Assembly: GCA_964016885.1 (NCBI GenBank)
Contig: OZ024766.1
Span: forward strand, 19,158,001-19,222,000
Reading direction: 5' to 3'
Length of the DNA stretch: 64,000 bases
From: Eledone cirrhosa
Taxonomy: Eukaryota
Shown: positions 28,101 to 38,955 of the stretch, piece by piece
How positions within the stretch are numbered: position 1 is the first letter of the stretch
How the letters are laid out: each line of letters opens with the position of its first letter
Translations under genes and position numbers: made by a program
The notes under the pieces: model-generated
Seen by the model: only the letters and a program-made list of their open reading frames with translations
Database searches by the model: none
Told to the model about the DNA's origin: nothing

Positions 28101-29118
28101 ACCACCACCACCACTACACTACCACCACCACTACAACACTACCACCACTACACTACACTACAACCACACCAACACAACTCTACACTACCACCACAACACT
28201 ACACAACCACTACCACCACAACACTACACAACCACCACAACTCTACACTACCACCACCACACCACTACACTACCACCACAACCAACACAACCACTACACT
28301 ACCACAACTCTACACTACCACCACAACACTACACAACCACCACAAACCACTACACCACACCACCACAACTCTACACCACACCACTACCACCACCACCACC
28401 ACACCACCACCACAACCAACACAACCAACACAACCACAACACTACACAACCACCACAACTCTACACTACCACCACACCACCACAACTCTACACTACCACC
28501 ACAACACTACACAACCACTACCACCACAACACTACACAACCACCACAACTCTACACTACCACCACACCACTACACTACCACCACAACCACTACACTACCA
28601 CAACTCTACACTACCGCCACAACACTACACAACCACCACAAACCACTACACCACAACCACCACACCACCACACCACACCACTACCACCACCACACCACCA
28701 CCACAACCACTACCACCACAACACTACACAACCACCACAACTCTACACTACCACCACACCACCACACCACTACACTACCACCACAACCAACACAACCACT
28801 ACACTACCACAACTCTACACTACCACCACAACACTACACAACCACCACAAACCACTACACCACACCACCACAACTCTACACCACACCACTACCACCACCA
28901 CCACCACAACCAACACAACCAACACAACCACAACACTACACAACTCTACACTACCACCACCACCACCACACCACTACACTACCACCACAACCAACACAAC
29001 CACTACACTACCACCACAACACTACACAACCACCACAGACCACTACACCACACCACCACCACAACCACCACACCACCACCACAACCACTACACCACCACC
29101 ACTATACTACCACCTATA
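28100..29118. repeat. Nearly G-free (CAC/CAA/TAC)n low-complexity tract
   Basis: Direct inspection; it runs up to the exon 3 acceptor. The His/Thr/Pro ORFs over it are artefacts. Confidence 0.92.
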
Positions 29119-29126
29119 CATTTCAG

Positions 29127-29220
29127 GGAGTGGTCTACCTAATGACAGGTGGTTCATGCTTTAAAAGTAAACTGGACAGAAGTTGGATTGCTCAAGATGA
29201 GTTAGTACACTGCATTCCTA
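29127..29220 (+). CDS. EPDR: Ependymin-related protein, exon 3
   Basis: tttcAG|GVVYLMTGGSCFKSKLDRSWIAQDELVHCIP+A|GTAAGT. 94 nt, phase 0/1, with ependymin-type C.K..L and CIP motifs. Confidence 0.88.
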
Positions 29221-29261
29221 GTAAGTGACCCCCATGTTCTCCCTCCTCTCTTTGGTATTTC

Positions 29262-29316
29262 AGTGTTCACCAAGGCCCCATCCTTAGCCCCCTCCTGTTT
29301 ATTACTGCCCTACAGC
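29262..29316 (+). mobile_element. Tiny reverse-transcriptase remnant (RTE-like)
   Basis: Translates to VHQGPILSPLLFITALQ, similar to the RT motif GVHQGSVLSPLLF. Confidence 0.5.
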
Positions 29317-29442
29317 AGGGGTGAGCAAGATAACCCATTGGCGGGTCATTTTTGAACAATGGAACAACTATTACTAGCAGAAAAACTGCCCCCATGTGTG
29401 GGTTTTCTGCTAGCATGTGTAGTGTGCATATTGATGTTATAT

Positions 29443-32400
29443 ATCATCATCATCATCATTTTACGTCCGCTTTTCCTTGCTTGCAAGGGTGGGACGGGAA
29501 CTGATTCTGGCTTTATATACAGAGTAATGTAAATGTTATGTGAGGTAAAGCCTTTACTGTGACAATACAATAGTATATATAGAGTAATGTAAATGTTATG
29601 TGAGGTATTATGTGAGGTAAAGCCTTTACTGTGACAATACAATAGTATATATAGAGTAATGTAAATGTTATGTGAGATATTATGTGAGGTAAAGCCTTTA
29701 CTGTGACAATACAATAGTATATATAGAGTAATGTAAATGTTATGTGAGATATTATGTGAGGTAAAGCCTTTACTGTGACAATACAATAGTATATATAGAG
29801 TAATGTAAATGTTATGTGAGGTATTATGTGAGGTAAAGCCTTTACTGTGACAATACAATAGTATATATAGAGTAATGTAAATGTTATGTGAGATATTATG
29901 TGAGGTAAAGCCTTTACTGTGACAATACAATAGTATATATAGAGTAATGTAAATGTTATGTGAGGTATTATGTGAGGTAAAGCCTTTACTGTGACAATAC
30001 AATAGTATATATAGAGTAATGTAAATGTTATGTGAGATATTATGTGAGGTAAAGCCTTTACTGTGACAATACAATAGTATATATAGAGTAATGTAAATGT
30101 TATGTGAGGTATTATGTGAGGTAAAGCCTTTACTGTGACAATACAATAGTATATATAGAGTAATGTAAATGTTATGTGAGATATTATGTGAGGTAAAGCC
30201 TTTACTGTGACAATACAATAGTATATATAGAGTAATGTAAATGTTATGTGAGGTATTATGTGAGGTAAAGCCTTTACTGTGACAATACAATAGTATATAT
30301 AGAGTAATGTAAATGTTATGTGAGGTATTATGTGAGGTAAAGCCTTTACTGTGACAATACAATAGTATATATAGAGTAATGTAAATGCTATGTGAGATGT
30401 TATGTGAGGGAAAGCCTTTACTGTGACAATACAATAGTATATATAGAGTAATGTAAATGTTATGTGAGGTAAAGCCTTTACTGTGACAATACAATAGTAT
30501 ATATAGAGTAATGTAAATGTTATGTGAGATATTATGGGAGGTAAAGCCTTTACTGTGACAATACAATAGTATATATAGAGTAATGTAAATGTTATGTGAG
30601 ATATTATGTGAGGTAAAGCCTTTACTGTGACAATACAATAGTATATATAGAGTAATGTAAATGTTATGTGAGGTAAAGCCTTTACTGTGACAATACAATA
30701 GTATATATAGAGTAATGTAAATGTTATGTGAGGTAAAGCCTTTACTGTGACAATACAATAGTATATATAGAGTAATGTAAATGTTATGTGAGATATTATG
30801 GGAGGTAAAGCCTTTACTGTGAAAATACAATAGTATATATAGAGTAATGTAAATGTTATGTGAGATAGTATGTGAGGTAAAGCCTTTACTGTGACAATAC
30901 AATAGTATATATAGAGTAATGTAAATGTTATGTGAGGTAAAGCCTTTACTGTGACAATACAATAGTATATATAGAGTAATGTAAATGTTATGTGAGATAT
31001 TATGGGAGGTAAAGCCTTTACTGTGAAAATACAATAGTATATATAGAGTAATGTAAATGTTATGTGAGATATTATGTGAGGTAAAGCCTTTACTGTGACA
31101 ATACAATAGTATATATAGAGTAATGTAAATGTTATGTGAGGTATTATGTGAGGTAAAGCCTTTACTGTGACAATACAATAGTATATATAGAGTAATGTAA
31201 ATGTTATGTGAGGTATTATGTGAGGTAAAGCCTTTACTGTGACAATACAATAGTATATATAGAGTAATGTAAATGTTATGTGAGGTATTATGTGGGGTAA
31301 AGCCTTTACTGTGACAATACAATAGTATATATAGAGTAATGTAAATGTTATGTGAGGTATTATGTGGGGTAAAGCCTTTACTGTGACAATACAATAGTAT
31401 ATATAGAGTAATGTAAATGTTATGTGAGGTATTATGTGAGGTAAAGCCTTTACTGTGACAATACAATAGTATATATAGAGTAATGTAAATGTTATGTGAG
31501 GTATTATGTGAGGTAAAGCCTTTACTGTGACAATACAATAGTATATATAGAGTAATGTAGATGTTATGTGAGATATTATGTGAGGTAAAGCCTTTACTGT
31601 GACAATACAATAGTATATATAGAGTAATGTAAATGTTATGTGAGGTATTATGTGAGGTAAAGCCTTTACTGTGACAATACAATAGTATATATAGAGTAAT
31701 GTAAATGTTATGTGAGGTATTATGTGAGGTAAAGCCTTTACTGTGACAATACAATAGTATATATAGAGTAATGTAGATGTTATGTGAGATATTATGTGAG
31801 GTAAAGCCTTTACTGTGACAATACAATAGTATATATAGAGTAATGTAAATGTTATGTGAGGTATTATGTGCGGTAAAGCCTTTACTGTGACAATACAATA
31901 GTATATATAGAGTAATGTAAATGTTATGTGAGATACTATGTGAGGTAAGGCCTTTACTGTGACAATACAATAGTATATATAGAGTAATGTAAATGTTATG
32001 TGAGATATTATGTGAGGTAAAGCCTTTACTGTGACAATACAATAGTATATATAGAGTAATGTAAATATTATGTGAGATATTATGTGAGGTAAAGCCTTTA
32101 CTGTGACAATACAACAGTATATATAGAGTAATGTAAATGTTATGTGAGATATTATGTGCGGTAAAGCCTTTACTGTGACAATACAATAGTATATATAGAG
32201 TAATGTAAATGTTATGTGAGATATTATGTGCGGTAAAGCCTTTACTGTGACAATACAATAGTATATATAGAGTAATGTAAATGTTATGTGAGATATTATG
32301 TGAGGTAAAGCCTTTACTGTGACAATACAATAGTATATATAGAGTAATGTAAATGTTATGTGAGGTATTATGTGAGGTAAAGCCTTTACTGTGACAATAC

Positions 32401-33227
32401 AATAGTATATATAGAGTAATGTAAATGTTATGTGAGGTATTATGTGAGGTAAAGCCTTTACTGTGACAATACAATAGTATATATAGAGTAATGTAAATGT
32501 TATGTGAGATATTATGTGAGGTAAAGCCTTTACTGTGACAATACAATAGTATATATAGAGTAATGTAAATATTATGTGAGATATTATGTGAGGTAAAGCC
32601 TTTACTGTGACAATACAACAGTATATATAGAGTAATGTAAATGTTATGTGAGATATTATGTGAGGTAAAGCCTTTACTGTGACAATACAACAGTATATAT
32701 AGAGTAATGTAAATGTTGTGTGAGATATTATGTGAGGTAAAGCCTTTACTGTGACAATACAATAGTATATATAGAGTAATGTAAATGTTATGTGAGATAT
32801 TATGTGAGGTAAAGCCTTTACTGTGACAATACAATAGTATATATAGAGTAATGTAAATGTTATGTGAGGTATTATGTGAGGTAAAGCCTTTACTGTGACA
32901 ATACAATAGTATATATAGAGTAATGTAAATATTATGTGAGATATTATGTGAGGTAAAGCCTTTACTGTGACAATACAATAGTATATATAGAGTAATGTAA
33001 ATATTATGTGAGATATTATGTGAGGTAAAGCCTTTACTGTGACAATACAATAGTATATATAGAGTAATGTAAATATTATGTGAGATATTATGTGAGGTAA
33101 AGCCTTTACTGTGACAATACAATAGTATATATAGAGTAATGTAAATGTTATGTGAGATATTATGTGAGGGAAAGCCTTTACTGTGACAATACAACAGTAT
33201 ATATAGAGTAATGTAAATGTTGAAGGG
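29443..33227. mobile_element. SINE 3' tail (29443-29512, minus) fused to a MITE family A array of ~51 72-bp units and its right terminus
   Basis: The array ends TAAATGTTGAAGGG|TTAA at 33227-33231. Occasional 60-bp deletion units occur. It is the source of the spurious 1282-aa ORF. Confidence 0.85.
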
Positions 33228-33261
33228 TTAAATTAACCATACCACAATTTACCATTTCCAG

Positions 33262-33438
33262 AGGCTGCCAAGAAAGTAAAAACTTATTACATTGGAGGTA
33301 AACATGAAGAACTAGAGATGACTACCTTCAGACATGTTAACAAGATTGGTATACGTGAGGTGACTGTTAGCAAACATTACTGTTACCCTCTCCAGGAGAT
33401 CTTCTTCGTGCAGACCAAGAATGAAGCTGGACACAACA
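33262..33438 (+). CDS. EPDR: Ependymin-related protein, exon 4
   Basis: tttccAG|(K)AAKKVKTYYIGGKHEELEMTTFRHVNKIGIREVTVSKHYCYPLQEIFFVQTKNEAGHN+A|GTATGT. 177 nt, phase 1/1, with ependymin-type IG and VT...C.P motifs. Confidence 0.87.
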
Positions 33439-33457
33439 GTATGTCTTTCTTTCTATT

Positions 33458-33510
<53 letters not shown>

Positions 33511-33514
33511 TTAT

Positions 33515-35485
33515 GGAGGCACATGGCTTAGTGGTTAGAGCATTGGCCTTGCAATCGAAAGGTTGTGAGTTCAATTCTCAGACCGGGTGATGTGTTGTTT
33601 CCTTGAGCAAGACACTTCATTTCACATTGCTCCAGTTTACTCAGCTGTAGAAATGAGATGATAGGGATTGGGGTCCCTATCATTCCACTGTAAAGTGGTC
33701 GTGGAGGTGCCACAGCAAAAAAAGCAGCCAGCCCACACTGTAAAGTGGTCGTGGAGGTGCCACAGCAAAAAAAGCAGCCAGCACACACTGTAAAGTGGTC
33801 GTGGAGGTGCCACGGCAAAAAAGCACCCAGCACTCACTGTAAAGTGGTCGTGGAGGTGCCACAGCAAAAAAGCACCCAGCACTCACTGTAAAGTGGTCGT
33901 GGAGGTGCCACGGCAAAAAAGCACCCAGCACTCACTGTAAAGTGGTCGTGGAGGTGCCACGGCAAAAAAGCACCCAGCACTCACTGTAAAGTGGTCGTGG
34001 AGGTGCCACGGCAAAAAAGCACCCAGCACTCACTGTAAAGTGGTCGTGGAGGTGCCACGGCAAAAAAGCACCCAGCACTCACTGTAAAGTGGTCGTGGAG
34101 GTGCCACGGCAAAAAAGCACCCAGCACTCACTGTAAAGTGGTCGTGGAGGTGCCACGGCAAAAAAGCACCCAGCACTCACTGTAAAGTGGTCGTGGAGGT
34201 GCCACAGCAAAAAAGCACCCAGCACTCCCTGTAAAGTGGTCGTGGAGGTGCCACGGCAAAAAAGCACCCAGCACTCACTGTAAAGTGGTCGTGGAGGTGC
34301 CACGGCAAAAAAGCGCCCAGCCCACACTGTAAAGTGGTCGTGGAGGTGCCACGGCAAAAAAGCACCCAGCCCACACTGTAAAGTGGTCGTGGAGGGGGCC
34401 ACGGCAAAAAAAAGCACCCAGCACTCACTGTAAAGTGGTCGTGGAGGTACCATAGCAAAAAAGCACCCAGCACTCACTGTAAAGTGGTCGTGTAGGTACC
34501 ATAGCAAAAAAGCACCCAGCCCACACTGTAAAGTGGTCGTGGAGGTGCCACGGCAAAAAAGCACCCAGCACTCACTGTAAAGTGGTCGTGGAGGTGCCAC
34601 GGCAAAAAAGCGCCCAGCCCACACTGTAAAGTGGTCGTGGAGGTGCCACGGCAAAAAAGCACCCAGCCCACACTGTAAAGTGGTCGTGGAGGGGGCCACG
34701 GCAAAAAAAAGCACCCAGCACTCACTGTAAAGTGGTCGTGGAGGTGCCACGGCAAAAAAGCACCCAGCACTCACTGTAAAGTGGTCGTGGAGGTGCCACG
34801 GCAAAAAAGCACCCAGCACTCACTGTAAAGTGGTCGTGGAGGTGCCACAGCAAAAAAAGCAGCCAGCACTCACTGTAAAGTGGTCGTGGAGGTGCCACGA
34901 CAAAAAAAGCACCCCGCACTCACTGTAAAGTGGTCGTGGAGGTGCCACGACAAAAAAAGCACCCAGCACTCACTGTACAGTGGTCGTGGAGGTGCCACAG
35001 CAAAAAAAGCACCCAGCACTCACTGTAAAGTGGTCGTGGAGGTGCCACAGCAAAAAAGCACCCAGCCCACACTGTAAAGTGGTCGTGGAGGTGCCACGGC
35101 AAAAAAGCACCCAGCACTCACTGTAAAGTGGTCGTGGAGGTGCCACGGCAAAAAAGCGCCCAGCCCACACTGTAAAGTGGTCGTGGAGGTGCCACAGCAA
35201 AAAAAAGCACCCAGCCCACACTGTAAAGTGGTCGTGGAGGTGCCACGGCAAAAAAGCACCCAGCACTCACTGTAAAGTGGTCGTGGAGGTGCCACGGCAA
35301 AAAAGCGCCCAGCCCACACTGTAAAGTGGTCGTGGAGGGGCCACGGCAAAAAAAAGCACCCAGCACTCACTGTAAATGAGGTTGGTGTTAGGAAGGGCAT
35401 CCAGCTGTAGAAATCAAGCCAGAATCAGTTCCCGTCCCACCCTTTTCCAAGCAGGGAAAAGCGGACGTAAAATGATGTTGATGAT
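33515..35485 (+). mobile_element. Full-length tRNA-derived SINE family 1 with ~34 internal 49-bp units and RTE-derived 3' tail
   Basis: Head with A-box TGGCTTAGTGG and B-box GAGTTCAATTC, core TGTTGTTTCCTTGAGCAAGACACTT, hairpin, array at 33685-35375, then tail CCCGTCCCACCCTT..AAGCAGGGAAAAGCGGACGTAAAATGATG, matching the RTE 3' end at 21392-21457. Confidence 0.88.
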
Positions 35486-35814
35486 ATATATATATATTAA
35501 AATAACAGATTGAAGTTTAAGCAAAGAATCGCTGCTTTCACCCTTAACAGGATCTTCTGAAACTAAAAGAATCAATCTGTGAACGCAGAAGTAAATATTT
35601 CGAAAAACATTGCAATCTAAGGAAAACAGGAAGATGATACTTTGGTACGTGGAGACGTTCGTTATCAAGCCCTCTTTGGATTTTAGTCTTCAAATTTATT
35701 ATTATTACTATATATATATATACAGCGTGTGGACGATATTTGTTCACAATTTTCAACTGCTAATTTTATGCAAATTTTTTTTACTTCCGTTGTCACTCTT
35801 GTCTTCATAAAAAC

Positions 35815-36270
35815 AGTGACTACTTTACAATGTGGGCTGGGTGCTTTTTTGCCGTGGCACCTCCACGACCACTTTACAGTGAGTGCTGGGTGCTTTTTTG
35901 CCGTGGCACCTCCACGACCACTTTACAGTGAGTGCTGGGTGCTTTTTTGCCGTGGAGGGTGTAGGGGCATATTGTCTATATGCTTCAGCTTGTACCCATG
36001 GGAGGTCGGGTACTCTGTATTACTGCGTGACGCCAGAGGTCACGGTCGTGTGTCATCGCCTTTGAGAGGTGTAATTGGGTAAGGTCGGCTTTTATCACCT
36101 CATCCCAGGTCATCTTGGGTCTCCCCACTCCGCGGTTTCCATCGACTTCTAGTGCTCTGCACCTTTTTATGCAGCTGTCATCCTTCATACGCATCACATG
36201 TCCATACCAACGCAACCGCCTCTCCTGCACACAGCATTAGATTCCTCTTATGCTCAGTCTCTCTCTCAAT
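35815..36270 (-). mobile_element. Second RTE family 3' fragment whose downstream part carries 49-bp units
   Basis: ORF QERRLRWYGHVMRMKDDSCIKRCRALEVDGNRGVGRPKMTWDEVIKADL (36230-35985), followed by 49-bp units. The same junction occurs at 49500-49660. Confidence 0.8.
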
Positions 36271-36296
36271 TCATTTATGCTTTGTTCTTATTACAG

Positions 36297-36400
36297 TAAG
36301 AACAGCCTCAATGAGTCAGTTGGCAAACTTTGAGATATTTGTTGAGGACCCCAGCGTTTTTGAAATTCCTTCCATATGCTTCAAAAGTTCCTACAATAAG
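36297..36400 (+). CDS. EPDR: Ependymin-related protein, exon 5
   Basis: ttcttattacAG|(I)RTASMSQLANFEIFVEDPSVFEIPSICFKSSYNK|GTAAGT. 104 nt, phase 1/0, with the hallmark ependymin C-terminal motif DP.VF..P..C. Confidence 0.92.
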
Positions 36401-36479
36401 GTAAGTGGACAATGTTTTTGAGTTCTGTGTGTCTTCTAACAAAACGCTTGTCAATCCCCTGTAACCACTCCTGGTTCTG

Positions 36480-37765
36480 GAATACCTTTGTTAAGTTATG
36501 TTCCAAACCATCCCTGGTTCTAAAACACAAAACTGTTTATTTTAAAGTGTTAATATTTAGGTAAAAACCTTCCATCATAATTTTATGTAAGAACCTTTGT
36601 TAAGTTATGTTCCATTAGAAATATGGTAATGAAAGGGTTAAAGTGTTTATATTTATCTAAAAACCTTCCATCATAATTTTATGTAAGAACCTTTGTTAAG
36701 TTATGTTCCATTAGAAATATGGTAATGAAAGGGTTACAGTGTTCATATTTATCTAAAAACCTTCCATCATAATTTTATGTAAGAACCTTTGTTAAGTTAT
36801 GTTCCATTAGAAATGTAGTAATGAAAGGGTTAAAGTGTTTATATTTATCTAAAAACCTTCCAACATAATTTTATGTAAGAACCTTTGTTAAGTTATGTTC
36901 CATTAGAAATGTAGTAATGAAAGAGTTAAGGTGTTTATATTTATCTAAAAACCTTCCAACATAATTTTATGTAAGAACCTTTGTTAAGTTATGTTCCATT
37001 AGAAATATGGTAATGAAAGGGTTACAGTGTTCATATTTATCTAAAAACCTTCCATCATAATTTTATGTAAGAACCTTTGTTAAGTTATGTTCCATTAGAA
37101 ATGTAGTAATGAAAGGGTTAAAGTGTTTATATTTATCTAAAAACCTTCCAACATAATTTTATGTAAGAACCTTTGTTAAGTTATGTTCCATTAGAAATGT
37201 AGTAATGAAAGAGTTAAGGTGTTTATATTTATCTAAAAACCTTCCAACATAATTTTATGTAAGAACCTTTGTTAAGTTATGTTCCATTAGAAATATGGTA
37301 ATGAAAGGGTTACAGTGTTCATATTTATCTAAAAACCTTCCATCATAATTTTATGTAAGAACCTTTGTTAAGTTATGTTCCATTAGAAATGTAGTAATGA
37401 AAGGGTTAAAGTGTTTATATTTATCTAAAAACCTTCCAACATAATTTTATGTAAGAACCTTTGTTAAGTTATGTTCCATTAGAAATGTAGTAATGAAAGA
37501 GTTAAGGTGTTTATATTTATCTAAAAACCTTCCAACATAATTTTATGTAAGAACCTTTGTTAAGTTATGTTCCATTAGAAATGTAGTAATGAAAGAGTTA
37601 AGGTGTTTATATTTATCTAAAAACCTTCCAACATAATTTTATGTAAGAACCTTTGTTAAGTTATGTTCCATTAGAAATATGGTAACAAAAGGGTTAAAGT
37701 GTTTATATTTATCTAAAAATTTTCCATCATAATTTTATGTAAGAACCTTTTTAAGTTATGTTCCA
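36480..37765. repeat. 96-bp tandem array (~12 units, 288-bp trimeric higher-order repeat) derived from the right end of TTAA-type MITE family B
   Basis: The unit contains GGTAATGAAAGGG|TTAA. Variants cycle GGGTTACAGT / GGGTTAAAGT / GAGTTAAGGT. The parent element is at ~47083-47272. Confidence 0.85.
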
Positions 37766-38339
37766 CACACAATATATATACACCAATATACGAGAGGGCT
37801 TTAAAAAGTTTGTGGAAAAAGTACACAGTTAAAAATCATATGTAGGGATTTTGATATCAACTTTTTTATCCCCTAGGATCAGCTTTTTAGGGGTTTTTTG
37901 AGGTGTCACATCAGACCTATTTCCTTGAAATTGTAACTATGTATTAGTCAGCCTCTTCTTCATACCGTGAGCAAAGAAAATCCAACTTTTTTATGGCTTA
38001 GGGCCCGCATTAGGTGAAAAACTTCATTTTTTCAGCCTTTTAGGGCTTTTTTGAGGCGTTACCTCTAGCCAATTTTCCCGAAATTTCAAGGCATATTATG
38101 CACATAAAAAAAAATTCATTTTCTTGATCCCCTAGGGCCCGCATTAGGTGTAAACCTGCATTTTTCCTGCTGCATCAAGGAAAAGCTTAAAGATTATCCA
38201 GCCATCAGAGTATTTAGTTTATTTTCTTTACATATTGTCCAGGCATGCAGTTCTTCCACGATTAGGTCTGTTGGCGGCCCGCGTTCCAAAATACCTTATC
38301 CCGTGCAACGCCGGGTACCACTGCTAGTATATTATATTA

Positions 38340-38520
38340 TGATCTCTATATTACAGCTAGCCCCACACAATATACAATATATACACACCAATGTATATAT
38401 AATGTTCTCTATATTACAGCTAGCCCCACACAATATACAATATACACACCAATGTATATATAATGTTCTCTATATTACAGCTAGCCCCACACAATATACA
38501 ATATACACACACCAATATAT
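38340..38520 (+). repeat. ~62-bp triplication resembling the EPDR exon 6 acceptor
   Basis: TCTCTATATTACAGCTAGCCCCACAC at 38343, 38405 and 38466 versus the real acceptor TTCTATTACAG|GTAGCGCCACC. Confidence 0.75.
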
Positions 38521-38569
38521 ACACAACAGTATATAGACACTAATATATATAATTTTCTTTCTATTACAG

Positions 38570-38626
38570 GTAGCGCCACCTGCACTGAAACACAACTTGG
38601 GTTTCATGAGACAATACATCCACTAA
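38570..38626 (+). CDS. EPDR: Ependymin-related protein, exon 6 (C-terminal tail and stop)
   Basis: ttttctttctattacAG|VAPPALKHNLGFMRQYIH-TAA. Phase 0; AATAAA lies 39 nt downstream. The joined CDS is 221 aa. Confidence 0.7.
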   Translation, partial: VAPPALKHNLGFMRQYIH

Positions 38627-38664
38627 AAATGGCTTCTAACTAAATACTAACCCCGAATAGGATA

Positions 38665-38670
38665 AATAAA
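38665..38670 (+). terminator. Candidate polyadenylation signal of EPDR
   Basis: AATAAA after the stop codon, followed by a GT-rich tract (38698-38732). Confidence 0.55.
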
Positions 38671-38801
38671 GTTTGAAATCTTCAACATACTCGCTTTAGT
38701 TGTTGTTCTTGTTGTTGTTGTTGTTGTTGTTGCTAGACTGGTGATTGGTGGCAATATGTAAACTGGGCTTAGGTGGTTTAACTCCATATATATATATATA
38801 C

Positions 38802-38955
38802 CCTGCTTGCAAGGGTGGGACGGGTCCTATTCAGCACAGCATCTCTTGACTTGTCACGGTCCTTCGTCATCTCCTCGGTGAGTTTCAGCAATCTGAGGTC
38901 TGTTCTCACCACCTCCGCCCATGTTTTTTGTGTTCTTCCTCTACTACGTCTTCCT
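38802..38955 (-). mobile_element. RTE 3' fragment
   Basis: GRRSRGRTQKTWAEVVRTDLRLLKLTEEMTKDRDKSRDAVLNRTRPTLASR, the same family as 21113-21430. Confidence 0.8.

Noticed and set aside
28026-29126. Mucin-like or His/Thr-rich ORFs
   Set aside because: The G-free low-complexity tract is open in all three frames. Only 29127-29220 has splice signals and family motifs.
29346-33194. 1282-aa ORF and related 334-744-aa ORFs (23842, 38778, 55698, 62396)
   Set aside because: These are translations of the 72-bp MITE satellite. They are open in two frames, intronic or intergenic, and have no protein features.
33515-33590. tRNA gene
   Set aside because: A and B boxes are present, but the sequence continues into a SINE core and tail and I could not fold a proper cloverleaf. 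It is treated as a SINE head.
37789-38300. Mariner-like element starting TACGAGAGGGCTTTAAAAAGT
   Set aside because: I could not identify a matching right TIR or a transposase remnant, so it is too weak to call.
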